Below, one piece after another: positions 9,484 to 19,600 of a stretch of 51,898 nt of DNA. Below the pieces are notes generated by a model that searched no databases, had not been told where the DNA came from, and saw only the letters and a list, made by a program, of their open reading frames with translations. Each line of letters starts with the position of its first letter. Position 1 is the first letter of the stretch. This DNA is from Ignavibacteria bacterium (GTDB taxonomy: Bacteria > Bacteroidota > Ignavibacteria > Tepidaquicellales > OLB5). A program made the translations under genes and the position numbers. The stretch spans positions 1 through 51,898 of the forward strand of contig JAYTUN010000171.1 in NCBI GenBank assembly GCA_043744495.1. The letters run 5' to 3'.

Positions 9484-9969
9484 TTATTTCATTTCCCTCA
9501 CAAAAGTTTCAACCGCATCCATATCTATATCGTGAACAGTTTCTTTTGTGTACGCTATTTTCCTTACAACAAGCTTTTCTATGAAGTTCATTTTCTCAAG
9601 CAGAAACTCGCCGCCCATTATTCCCTTTGCCGCTGCGTGCTGCCTCAGCTCCGGAGGGAAAGCATTTTCAAATTCTTCTTTCCTTTTTTTTTCATCTGTT
9701 TGCATGCAGCAAATGCAAAGTCCCAGTTTTTTTGTAAGCAGTAAGCTCAAATGCTTTTCACTGAAATTCCGGATCTCTTTTTGTATCTTCCCAACGTGTA
9801 TAGAGCCGCCTATGATGATCCTTTCGTTACCATTTAAATGCGGCTGTTTTGTTTTTGCAAGATCAATTACCCTCACCTCGCTGCCATCTTCAGAAAACAT
9901 CTTTGCAAGCATGTATGCAACTTTTTCGGTAGTTCCGTGTTTTGTTTTGTAGATTATCGCCGTTTTCAT
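9484..9969 (-). CDS. flavodoxin-domain protein, HemG-like
   Basis: IYKTKHGTTEKVA and IIIGGSIHVG FMN-binding motifs; likely start MKTAIIY at 9969. Confidence 0.75.
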   Translation of the reverse strand: MKTAIIYKTKHGTTEKVAYMLAKMFSEDGSEVRVIDLAKTKQPHLNGNERIIIGGSIHVGKIQKEIRNFSEKHLSLLLTKKLGLCICCMQTDEKKRKEEFENAFPPELRQHAAAKGIMGGEFLLEKMNFIEKLVVRKIAYTKETVHDIDMDAVETFVREMK

Positions 9970-10259
9970 TTTAGTAAATATTATTGTAATAAAGGGATTC
10001 GTCGGTGGTATAGATGAGCACATTCTTTATAATGTTATAGAACAAAAATAACTCATTATTGATGTGTTTTCAATGCAATTCGGCGTTAAAAGAATATATG
10101 ATCCTGCTTACAAGGGGGGACGAAATTTTCAGGAATCTAATAAATGATAATTGATTATAAATGATAGGGTGTACATTATTTTTCAATGGGGATTTAAAAA
10201 ACAAACAAATTTCACTATCAATCTGATTGGACTCTTCCACGCCTAAGGCGGGCAAGCGC

Positions 10260-11036
10260 TCAGAGTTTGCTTGCCTTTTTGTGTCTGTTATGTGAAATAT
10301 AAACCAACACAGTCATTAAACCTACTGATATCAGCGATGATGGCAAAGTACCCAGGTCTAACCCACCTTTGTCGGTAGTTTTGGTGAGGAAATCGCCAAA
10401 GGTTGCCCCATATGGACGAGTAAAAACAAAGGCAATCCAGAAAAGTATTATGCGGTTTAATTTTGTAAAGTAATGAAGCAGTACTACTATTAATATTATC
10501 GCGCCGGTTATTATCGCTCCGTAAAAATAAGATAGTCCCAGGTTATCGCTTAAGAAATCACCAAAGGCAGTACCAAGGCTGTTTGAAAATAATACAGCGA
10601 TCCAAAAGTATAATTCTTTTTGCCTCTCGAAAATTGGATAGACCTCGAGGTCTTTATATTTTTTATACCATAAAATTAAGGTTATCACAAGCAGAGAAAC
10701 AAGCAGTAAGCTTCCCAGCGCATATCCCAGGCGAAGGGTTCTGTCAATGAAATCAGATATTTCGGTTCCCAATGTAGTTGTACCAACAATTACCATCCAA
10801 TATACAAGCGGAGTATATTTTTTAACCGATAATTGCGTAACTACAACCGCCAGAAAGAAAGTTAACGTAATGCAGATAGCAATAAAATAACCCAGGTCTA
10901 AGGTCATTGATATATAATCTCCAAGCGTTTCACCAAGCGTAGTTGCTATAATTTTCATTAACCAGAATATTAATGTAATTTCAGCTACCTTATTGAAATT
11001 TTGCTTGCTTTGATTTTCGTTATTTGATCTTTCCAT
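10260..11036 (-). CDS. COG4705/DUF347-type repeat membrane protein
   Basis: NKVAEITLIFWLMKIIATTLGETLGD and repeated LGT..GDF helices, FWIAFVFTRPYGATFGD. Confidence 0.8.
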   Translation of the reverse strand: MERSNNENQSKQNFNKVAEITLIFWLMKIIATTLGETLGDYISMTLDLGYFIAICITLTFFLAVVVTQLSVKKYTPLVYWMVIVGTTTLGTEISDFIDRTLRLGYALGSLLLVSLLVITLILWYKKYKDLEVYPIFERQKELYFWIAVLFSNSLGTAFGDFLSDNLGLSYFYGAIITGAIILIVVLLHYFTKLNRIILFWIAFVFTRPYGATFGDFLTKTTDKGGLDLGTLPSSLISVGLMTVLVYISHNRHKKASKL

Positions 11037-11082
11037 ATTTATATTTAATCATGTTTATTTATGAGCTGTTATTATTCAGAAA

Positions 11083-11130
11083 ACGGACAACAATATTCCC
11101 ATATATCTGCTATTGGAATATTGCTGCCGT
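11083..11130 (-). terminator. hairpin between the PepSY-like and COG4705 genes
   Basis: ACGGACAACAATATTCC...GGAATATTGCTGCCGT imperfect inverted repeat. Confidence 0.45.
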
Positions 11131-11148
11131 AATTTGTATATCTGAGTT

Positions 11149-11601
11149 TTAATCTTTTTCGTCTTCTGTATCACTATCGGTTGATTTCGAAAGGAATTTT
11201 CCGCTTGAATCGAAAAGGTAATCACTGCTGCCAATCTCAGCCTCATAGCTAATAGTTCCGTTAGCGTCAGTTATTTTTGATGCTTCATTGATCTTTGAGC
11301 CGGGCAGATTTTTTGCTGTATATTCACTTACTCCGGCAGGAAGCGATGAAACAGAGATTTCGGTTTCGGTTTGAAGATATGTTCCGCTTCCGTTATACAT
11401 TACTGAGGTTTCTGTGCCGCTTTCTTTAAATTCAGCTTCATAATTTTTATCTTCTATTTCCCATATGACGTCTTTTGCCCCAGGGTACATTTGGGAAAAC
11501 TTCGATTTAACAGCAGAAGGTACATCAGATTCTTTGAGTTTTTGCGCATTTATGCTTAAAGTTAAAGCTAAAAGCGATAATACTAAAATTGATTTTTTCA
11601 T
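11149..11601 (-). CDS. secreted PepSY-like (BLIP-like) protein
   Basis: Signal peptide; VPSAVKSKFSQMYP, WEIEDKNYEAEF, LPAGV repeats. Confidence 0.85.
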   Translation of the reverse strand: MKKSILVLSLLALTLSINAQKLKESDVPSAVKSKFSQMYPGAKDVIWEIEDKNYEAEFKESGTETSVMYNGSGTYLQTETEISVSSLPAGVSEYTAKNLPGSKINEASKITDANGTISYEAEIGSSDYLFDSSGKFLSKSTDSDTEDEKD

Positions 11602-11641
11602 TGTTGTATTTATTAAGTTAATGTATAAACAAATTTAAGAT

Positions 11642-12922
11642 TTAATCCTGTAGAAATATGGTAGAATTTAAAAAGTGAATTGTAATAATATGTAATCCAC
11701 CGGAATATATATAATCAGCTTTAAAACCGTATGTATCGCATATCTTCTTTACTATTGAAAGCCCCAGCCCGATAGAATCTGACGGGGAACCCGCCTTCTG
11801 AAATCTTTGAAACATTCTTTCTGGGTCCGCGTCAGCGGGTTTGCCGGTATTTGATATTTCAAACAATTCATTGCTTAATTTTATTTTTATTATGCCTCCG
11901 GTTAAATTATGTTTTATTGAATTATTGATCAGATTTGTAAATAAAATATCAGCTAAAAGTGGATTAATATTTATTATCGGTGACGAAGTAAGGTTTTTTT
12001 CAATAATAATATCCCTTATGCTGAACATTTCTTCGAACATATTCAGTTTATTTTCAATTAATTCCCGTATGTCAACAGGTTCGCATTCGCTGAACTGGCT
12101 GTTTTCGATCTTTGCCAGCAGGAGCAATGATTGGTTTAGCTTTGAAAGTTTACTTATTGATTCAAACATATCTTGCAGCAGCTTCATCTGTTCCCGTGAG
12201 AGTTCTTCGGATTGTATCATTATCTCTATCTTTGAGCTTATTACCGCAAGCGGTGTCTGTAATTCATGCGAGGCGTCTTCGGTAAATTCCTTTAAGCTTT
12301 GGTAATCCTGCCTTATTTTTTCAGTCATTCGGCTTATTTCGCGCTGCAGCATTACAAACTCAGCGGTTTTTGTTTCCGGAAAACTTACTGGTTTATTTTT
12401 ATTCAGGTCAAAATCTTTAAGTCTGTTTAATATACTATAAAACGGTTTCCACATTTGCCTTTGCAGCAGCCAGGTAAATAACATAAGTAATATCATTGTC
12501 GCAAACGCAGTACCTGCGAGCGGCAGACCTATATCTTCTATAAGATCTTCTGACTCAAACATAGGCTTGCTGATAGTTGCGCTGTAATTCTGACCTTTTA
12601 CACTTAACGGAATGACAAGCTGCCTGTATGGCTGAATTTCCTCTTCAAGAGGGTTATACATCATAGTATCCTTTAATCTCTCGGAAACAATAACCGTTTC
12701 CCTGGAAAAAGTAACTACATCTCCAAAATAAATTGATTGATAGGGTATTTTCGCGGAATCATTAACAAACTTTACTATAAGTTCTTTTTCTCTGTATAGA
12801 TTTTCTGTATCATCTTCGTTAACAATATCTTTTAATTGCGAATAATAAAATATACCAACAGCCCCAAACAGCACAATTGATATAAACAGATAATATATAC
12901 TTATTTTTGTAAGTAATTTCAT
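11642..12922 (-). CDS. sensor histidine kinase
   Basis: Two TM helices, DASHELQTPL H-box, NLINNSIKH N-box, GLGLSIVKKI G-box. Confidence 0.95.
   Translation of the reverse strand: MKLLTKISIYYLFISIVLFGAVGIFYYSQLKDIVNEDDTENLYREKELIVKFVNDSAKIPYQSIYFGDVVTFSRETVIVSERLKDTMMYNPLEEEIQPYRQLVIPLSVKGQNYSATISKPMFESEDLIEDIGLPLAGTAFATMILLMLFTWLLQRQMWKPFYSILNRLKDFDLNKNKPVSFPETKTAEFVMLQREISRMTEKIRQDYQSLKEFTEDASHELQTPLAVISSKIEIMIQSEELSREQMKLLQDMFESISKLSKLNQSLLLLAKIENSQFSECEPVDIRELIENKLNMFEEMFSIRDIIIEKNLTSSPIININPLLADILFTNLINNSIKHNLTGGIIKIKLSNELFEISNTGKPADADPERMFQRFQKAGSPSDSIGLGLSIVKKICDTYGFKADYIYSGGLHIITIHFLNSTIFLQD
11645..11666 (-). promoter_or_regulatory. OmpR-type 11-bp direct-repeat operator upstream of the PepSY-like gene
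   Basis: ATCCTGTAGAA ATATGGTAGAA, similar to 13615-13636; adjacent TAAATTTG promoter element at 11630-11637 (minus). Confidence 0.55.
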
Positions 12923-13596
12923 TTTAAAGAGTATTTATAACCAATTCCGTAAACCGACTTGATGCAATCCTCTGCGCCTGAATCCATTATTTTTTTGCGA
13001 AGGTTTTTTATGTGTGAATAAATGAAATCAAATGTTTCAGCTGAATCTGCCATATCGCCCCAAAGATGCTCTGCAATTGACTCCTTTGTTAATACACGGT
13101 TCATATTTGATACGAAAAATAACAGCAAGGCAAATTCCTTTTTTGTAAGATTAACCTGACTACCGCTCACGTAAACTTCCTGACTTTCCGGCATGATCTT
13201 TATATTACCGGTTACAATTTCTTTGCTGCCTTCAAAATTACTTCTTCTTAACACTGATTTAACTCGTGAGTTCAGCTCAGCAAGATGGAACGGCTTTGCG
13301 ATATAGTCATCTGCACCCGTATCAAGCCCCGTTATTTTATCTGTTAGAGAGTTCTTTGCGGAAATAATTATTATTCCGGTTTTCGGGTTATTTTTTTTGA
13401 TTGCTTCGACAATATCAAGGCCGCTTCCGCCGGGCAGGGTTATATCAACAAGCGCGCAGTCATACTCATACAGCATAGCTTTTTCGGTAGCGGAACCATA
13501 ATCCCTGGCCCACTCGCACAGGTAACCCTCTTTCTTCAAAAAAGTTATGATAGAGTCACCTAATGCAGTTTCATCTTCTACAAGCAATATTTTCAT
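12919..13596 (-). CDS. OmpR/PhoB-family response regulator
   Basis: MKILLVEDE, DITLPGGSG, GADDYIAKPF, winged helix ending VYGIGY. Confidence 0.97.
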   Translation of the reverse strand: MKILLVEDETALGDSIITFLKKEGYLCEWARDYGSATEKAMLYEYDCALVDITLPGGSGLDIVEAIKKNNPKTGIIIISAKNSLTDKITGLDTGADDYIAKPFHLAELNSRVKSVLRRSNFEGSKEIVTGNIKIMPESQEVYVSGSQVNLTKKEFALLLFFVSNMNRVLTKESIAEHLWGDMADSAETFDFIYSHIKNLRKKIMDSGAEDCIKSVYGIGYKYSLK

Positions 13597-13614
13597 TTGA
13601 CAATTTAATTAACG

Positions 13615-13636
13615 ATTCTGTAGAAATTCTGAAATT
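13615..13636 (-). promoter_or_regulatory. 11-bp direct-repeat operator upstream of the response regulator (autoregulation)
   Basis: ATTCTGTAGAA ATTCTGAAATT. Confidence 0.55.
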
Positions 13637-13884
13637 AAGGATTAAACAATTATGCCGCAATGATTAAAGTTAATATACTATATTTTCTTCACCATCAGGG
13701 CATTAACGAACAATACTCCTTTATATATATCCCTTAAGTCCTCTTTATACTCATATCCCATCTTCTCAAAAAACCCTTTTGCGGTTTTGCTTACGTGTGA
13801 ATAAATTTCTGCGTTATTCTGTTACTTTTATCGCCGGAAAAAGTTAGAGATAACATACTGAATGAAACATCAGGGCTCGGTGAT

Positions 13885-14328
13885 ATGATAGAAAGAGAAG
13901 TAGGGCTATCCTATACGCCAAAAACAGGATATCAAAGCTATCTAGGCGACAGATTTAATATACCGGATTTTCTTTTGTCTGGCGGGATAGGCAGTGTTGG
14001 GGTTGAACCGTATCAAAGTGAGCAGTCAACAAGAAAAATAAAAGATCTGGCAGGGACTACATCATTTTCTGATCTCTTCAATGATAAGCTGGCGGGATTT
14101 AATATTCATTCTCACCCGGAAATACCGGGCCAGAAATTAGATGCAAGTTCTACCGATAGAGAAGGTGCTATGAAGTGGGGCCGTAATTTTGTGACCGATA
14201 AAACGGGGCTGACAAAGTTATATACAGATAATGTAACTGGTGATGAAGATGTTACAATCGAGGCTTCAGTAAATCCATTAAATCCATATCCAAGTTTATT
14301 GAGAAGGGTTTCAAAGAAATTGAAATAA
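13885..14328 (+). CDS. JAB/MPN-motif protein, 5'-truncated (frame open back to the junction near 13825)
   Basis: FNIHSHPE....ASSTD fits the HxH..SxxD JAB motif. Confidence 0.55.
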   Translation: MIEREVGLSYTPKTGYQSYLGDRFNIPDFLLSGGIGSVGVEPYQSEQSTRKIKDLAGTTSFSDLFNDKLAGFNIHSHPEIPGQKLDASSTDREGAMKWGRNFVTDKTGLTKLYTDNVTGDEDVTIEASVNPLNPYPSLLRRVSKKLK

Positions 14329-14587
14329 TATCAGCGCAGGATTTAAGGAGTTTAAAATAAATAAATAACTTTTTATATGCAACCAAATCTTCACCACGAG
14401 AATTACCACCACATACGAGTATTGGACGGTTTAAAAAGATATCTTCTGCTCTAACAGGCTTTGGAATATAGCGCGGTTTATATAGTTTAGGTTGAACGAT
14501 AGTAGCTTTTCGGCAAGTTTTAATGGTTTCAGGGAACAAATTGAAGGATGAAATTATGAGAATCATGCAAAAAATAAATGTTTTCAT
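14252..14587 (-). CDS. small hypothetical protein with hydrophobic N-terminus
   Basis: MKTFIFCMILIISS leader and Pro/Lys-rich segment; 3' end overlaps the JAB ORF. Confidence 0.4.
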   Translation of the reverse strand: MKTFIFCMILIISSFNLFPETIKTCRKATIVQPKLYKPRYIPKPVRAEDIFLNRPILVCGGNSRGEDLVAYKKLFIYFKLLKSCADIISISLKPFSINLDMDLMDLLKPRL

Positions 14588-14626
14588 AGACTGAATGATT
14601 AGTTATACAATGAGCGCAGATAGGGA

Positions 14627-14836
14627 TTAGATATTTTTAATTTTGGGGTCAACCGGAACTGGTACAGGAATGAATGTTTTGGGTTTGGGTCTGTATGAGT
14701 TATAAATTTTATCTTTAGCCGGGAATTCAATTTCAACACTGGGGAGCATGGGAGTAGAGCGGAGGGCACCGATAAGCGCAAAAAGGACGAGACTGACAAT
14801 AGAGATGAGCGGATAATATTTTTTTATGATATTCAT
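14627..14836 (-). CDS. small hypothetical membrane-anchored Pro-rich protein
   Basis: TM segment then YRPKPKTFIPVPV, resembling the neighbouring ORF. Confidence 0.45.
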   Translation of the reverse strand: MNIIKKYYPLISIVSLVLFALIGALRSTPMLPSVEIEFPAKDKIYNSYRPKPKTFIPVPVPVDPKIKNI

Positions 14837-14918
14837 AATATATATAATTAGTTATTCAAATATAATAGATAAGTTTCAAAAAAACAATAAGTAGAAATAC
14901 TTAAAATAAAAGTATAAT

Positions 14919-15629
14919 ATGAGTGATTTTTTAGATGAAGTAAGGCGGAATTTAAAGGGTAAGAAAAACCCCTATGATCCTTCGACACGGAAGAAGCGAC
15001 CTTCATCTGTTAAGCAGAAGGTAAATGGATTTGGTGATCTAAAGAAGGCGGAATACGAGCAGGAAAAACAGCAGGAAGAAGAAAAATACAGCAAAGTATT
15101 TCCCACATTAAGAATGTTAAGGGGCACTCCGACAACAGAGGATATCCAATTAGCTGCTGAAACAGGCACGCTACCCGATTTAATAACGGTTAAGCGCAGT
15201 CCGGAACTTGAATTTGTAAAGCAAAAAATTATCGGGGATATTAAATCACAGGAACCCAAAACGCTTGGTGAGCTGAGATATGGCGAAGATATGCGCTCGC
15301 AGGCGATTGATGAGCAGTACCAGAAAGAACGGGAAACTGCTGAACAGCAATTAAGGGTACGAAATACTCTTGCCAAGTTAATCAATAGAGAGCAGGGCGA
15401 AGTACAGCCGGATAATCAGATTGTCCTTCCTGAAGAAAACGGTGTATTGCCTCTGAGTTCATACAATAAGCTGCTGAACAGGATAACCGGCAATAAGGGA
15501 CAGGTTGATCCTTATGGTGATTTCGGGCAGTATAAAGATGTGCCATTCCGCACAGTGCCTTTTTTTCAATTTCATTTAACAGAGCATTTGCTATACACAT
15601 ACGCTGAAAGTCTTTATGCACATACATAA
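14919..15629 (+). CDS. phage-like hypothetical protein, 3'-truncated at about 15552
   Basis: Charged helical sequence; the last about 25 codons are antisense GNAT sequence. Confidence 0.55.
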   Translation: MSDFLDEVRRNLKGKKNPYDPSTRKKRPSSVKQKVNGFGDLKKAEYEQEKQQEEEKYSKVFPTLRMLRGTPTTEDIQLAAETGTLPDLITVKRSPELEFVKQKIIGDIKSQEPKTLGELRYGEDMRSQAIDEQYQKERETAEQQLRVRNTLAKLINREQGEVQPDNQIVLPEENGVLPLSSYNKLLNRITGNKGQVDPYGDFGQYKDVPFRTVPFFQFHLTEHLLYTYAESLYAHT

Positions 15630-15679
15630 AATCAAGGTACCCGTCTTTTGCGATTGATGAAAAGCCCGCAATTTGAAAA

Positions 15680-15768
15680 TTCCCCTCCTGCACTATTTGT
15701 CCCAAAGGGACTCCTATGGAGCAGTCCCGCCAAGGCGGGATTGGATGAAGCTCTGCAGAAGGGGTGCG
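15680..15768. repeat. composite nested REP-like element inside the GNAT pseudogene
   Basis: Outer CCCCTCCTGCA..TGCAGAAGGGG arms enclosing GTCCCAAAGGGACTCCTATGGAG and TCCCGCCAAGGCGGGA hairpins. Confidence 0.7.
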
Positions 15769-15995
15769 TTGTTTTGTATTTCTGCTGCAATAAAATATTG
15801 CTCTATGATTGCGTTTTTCCACCTTTGTATGTTATCCGCGCCGGTTGCCCATACTTCAATTTGTTCGGAAGTGTAATCTTTCGCGTTAACATTTCCTCGC
15901 GTTAACATTTCCTACGGTTCCTTTGTAGAGCAGGGTGATTGCGGAGATATCATCTAACTCTGCGATTCGTATTATTATTTTATTATCCATTTCCC

Positions 15996-16433
15996 TTAGC
16001 GGCTGTTCTTAATAATATTTTTAAATACCTTTCTCAACTTCCTCAAGCGCTTTTCCTTCAAACCTTTTAGCGCCATATCCGAACAGTCATTAATGATCTT
16101 TCCAGCTTTAATAAATTCCTTTTCGCCCATATTGCTTACACCTAATATCTGTTTTCTTCTGTTATTCGGGTCAACCTGTCTTGCCACATAACCCTTTTTA
16201 TTCAGTAATTCAATTATCCTTGTTACAGAAGCAGTATCTTTTGATGTTTTCTGTGCTATTTCGGTTTGTTTGATTCCTTTATTGTTAACTATGATATCCA
16301 AAACCAGCCATTGATCAAATGTAATAGTCATGCCGTGTTTTATTAAATTTTGCTGAACATATTTTTTATACTGTTTTTGAACAAACTCTAACTCATTAAA
16401 AAATATATTGTTTGCGTTATTTGCCATTTTCAT
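15996..16433 (-). CDS. MarR-family transcriptional regulator
   Basis: ITFDQWLVL, QTEIA..KDTASVTRIIELL..KGYV.R..DPNNRR. Confidence 0.93.
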   Translation of the reverse strand: MKMANNANNIFFNELEFVQKQYKKYVQQNLIKHGMTITFDQWLVLDIIVNNKGIKQTEIAQKTSKDTASVTRIIELLNKKGYVARQVDPNNRRKQILGVSNMGEKEFIKAGKIINDCSDMALKGLKEKRLRKLRKVFKNIIKNSR

Positions 16434-16448
16434 GCTGTAAATATAATA

Positions 16449-16475
16449 TGATATATCAATAATTGATATATCAAT
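16449..16475. promoter_or_regulatory. palindromic operator upstream of marR
   Basis: TGATATATCAAT-A-ATTGATATATCA perfect inverted repeat; 16462-16475 is itself a perfect palindrome. Confidence 0.7.
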
Positions 16476-16485
16476 TTTGGGGATA

Positions 16486-16638
16486 TTTTACAAAACTGTC
16501 CTTTATTATACGGTCTGATTCTGTTACGATTAATATTGGTAAGGATTTACCTTTTGATACTACTTTTTTATATTCATTGGCAACTACAAGCAGTTCCCTT
16601 GTTTTGCCTACTCCCGGTCCGTCTGCTAACAGGAATGC
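16486..16638. repeat. 153-bp direct repeat, copy A (partner 19947-20099)
   Basis: Manual alignment gives 149/153 identical. Confidence 0.95.
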
Positions 16639-19600
16639 AATCCCACTCGCTCATCAACGCTCTCAGTGTTTATATATACTTCCTTCTTATTCAGCAGCGC
16701 AAACGCGTAATGCGGAACACTATCCTCATTCCCGTACCGCTTCTGTAACTCCAGCATTTCAGCATCATTAACATAATTAACCCCAACCCCGCCAATAGCC
16801 TTATCCAATACCCCAACTACAGCCTTTATCTTAATGGTACTGACTTTTGCATTGACATCGGTTTTTCCATCAGCTATTTTTGTATTCAAATCACCGTAAG
16901 GAGATTTTTTAAACCGGAGAGAGAGGCTATCGTTGCCAAATTTCCGGTTCTTTTTTTGCTCATAATCGGTATAATAATTAATAATTTCATTTCGCGCATT
17001 TATTACTGCGGTATAACGTAATCCATTACCTTTATCATTAAATCTTATCTGGTCTCTGCCGTTGTATGATCTCTCACGTTTCCCATTCTTCAATACTTCG
17101 GGAAGTTTAAGCAGGTCATCCAGGGTTAAATCTACTCCAAAATGTTTAGCTATTATTTTTGCAGCGCCATAATATGAATTTCCTTTTTCAACTGTAAACG
17201 TCTCATTATCTGTTTTAATCTTTACTTCGGCTATATCACCTTTCCATAATTTAGCCAATTCCTGTTTCTTATCTGCATATTTACTTATATCTTTTAACCG
17301 TGTTTTTATTGATTGCTGCTTTTCTTCAAGCCTGCCGTCAACATTAAATTTCTCATCCTCACCACGCATAAACCTTATATCCGCATTCCCCGCATCAAAT
17401 GCCCCGCTATTACCCGTTGCTGATTTGATCTGTCCTGGCTCAAATGCTATCCAGTTTATCTGTCTTTTTTCACGTGGTAAATCCAGACCCTTTGAACCCC
17501 ATTCCTTTATGCCGTCATAACCATATTGCTTTATAATAGGTAAGGCTGATTTAGGTATTTGTGTAGTCCATCCTTCACGGTTATTCTCAATATCCTCTAC
17601 CCATGATTTTATATTATAATCCTTCGTCCAATAAGTATAATCAAAATCAGTTTCTTTCGGATTTCTTTTGCCTTTTGCATAGTCCTTTAATGCAGTTAAT
17701 AAATCTGAAGGGAATGGTTTATCAGCATTTATCGGGTTTTCAATCTTTAAATATATTGGATATATTCCCGGCTGCATCCAATCATAAGACTGCCATTCAA
17801 CACCAATATAATCCAACAATTCCTCAAAATCATTTTTCGTTTGCCTCAAAAATTCAGGGGGACGTACATCAGAAGGCAAATTCTGGTCGCTAAGATATGC
17901 TATATTATATCCCTGCTGTTCAAAAAAATCAAAAATATTCTGTAAGTTATCCGAACCGCCTGTAATACCCCATCTCCTTACATCTTTGTCATAATCCTTA
18001 TTATTCTTGATATAATAATCCATATCGCCTAGATTATTGGCTTTGGTGTCATATTCATCTTCGGTTAGATTTTTATATTCTTCAAGTTTCTTTAACTGTT
18101 CTTCATTTAGTTTATATTGACTTATCTTTTTATTAAACTCACCATTCTTACCTTTTAATCTGTACTGTGATCCATTCTCATAATATTCTCTGTTACCCCA
18201 TTTTCCTAATGCGTACCCTGAAGCAACTTCCGGTGATTCTGAAGCATAAAATCCACCCGATGTTGATTTTTTAGAGTCATATTCATTGCCATACAGAGCA
18301 ATATTACTATGACCGGAATACACCACCAACGGTTTCCCATCAGCATCAACCACCTTACTATCACCAAACCACTTCTTAAACTCCGCCGTGTCCGTCTGCC
18401 TCTTTGCCTCTGCTTCTATTTTTGCCTTGTTACTTTTTACTGCTGCCTTCTTCATAAACATCGCCATCTGATCATTACCAAACTCATTTTCTTCCGGCTT
18501 CAATTTGGATATATCAGCCCGCACCTTCACAAGTTCCCGCCTGACCTCGCCCAAACGCTTCTCGGTCCTGTAATACTCGCTATCAGCACCCAGCACAAAC
18601 TCAACATTTTGTATCCTGCGCTGTAAACGCTTCATCTCCTCTACTAAAGCCTTCTCTATCACAAATAAATTACCATAATCAGTCTCACGCTTCATAAACC
18701 TCACATCCGGCTTACCCTCAACCCCCTTCGGGTTTACCCCCTGCCCACTCGGGGCTTTGCGTAAAGTTTCCTCTTCCTCTAACCGCGCCCTGTCAATATC
18801 TTCACCTTCCTGTATAGCAAACAAAGTACGCATCTTACCCGCTATTATCTGCCTCCGCCTGTTATCATTTATGCTGTCCTCAAAATATACCAGCTTCACA
18901 CTCGCCGGTGACTGTGTGTTCCTTCTGCTAACCCGACCAATTACCTGCTGTAACATATCCCCGCCATGACTCGGACTCAGCACATACATTACCCTCGGCG
19001 ACGTGCCCTCTACATCATCAAGATTTATCCCAACTCCACCACTCCTATAAGTCATCAATAACGCCTGCACTTGACCCGTCTGAAACTTAACCATCGCTTC
19101 ACGGTTTTTCTTCTTGTTCCCGCCGTAAAGCTCTGCATACTTTATTCCGTCCTTCTCAAGTTTACGCTTTAACTGACTTAAACTGCTCTCTACCTCAATA
19201 CCAATACTCTCTATCACACTGTCATTCACATACTCCGCCGCATATATCACCTGCTTACCGTCATTTATATCCTTAACCGATTCTGCATAGACCTGATCCG
19301 CTTTCAGACTCTCCGTAAATCTGTGTAGTTCACTCGATCTCTTCTGCCCCAGCTTCATCCCTATATCTTTTTTCTCTCTCTCACTTAGGCTTCTGCTCCG
19401 AAATACACCCTTTATCTTGTCTTTGTAATGTTCAAATATTGCATCCTGTCTTTCACCGGAAGTATTGTCAAGCCTGTATTCACTGTCCTTTACTGTACCA
19501 AAAAACGGATACTCACGCCTTATCATTGCTCCCGCGCTTATTGCCTTATTACGCAAATCAATTATCTTCTCAATAACATCACTCTCATTAACGCCCTCAA

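Larger units (their letters stand above)
13824..15552. mobile_element. phage-like DNA fragment inserted in the GNAT gene
   Basis: Boundaries defined by the interrupted GNAT frame; both terminal ORFs run open to the junctions; no integrase, terminal repeats or clear target duplication. Confidence 0.65.
13678..15990 (-). pseudogene. GNAT acetyltransferase (YafP-like) broken by three lesions
   Basis: Pieces read MDNKIIIRIAELDD..KDYTSEQIEVWA, IAGFSSIAKDGYLDFMYVHKDFQR..EIEKKAL and QNNAEIYSHVSKTAKGFFEKMGY..LMVKKI*; interrupted by a 16-bp duplication (15881-15912), a composite repeat (15680-15768) and a 1.7-kb insert. Confidence 0.85.
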
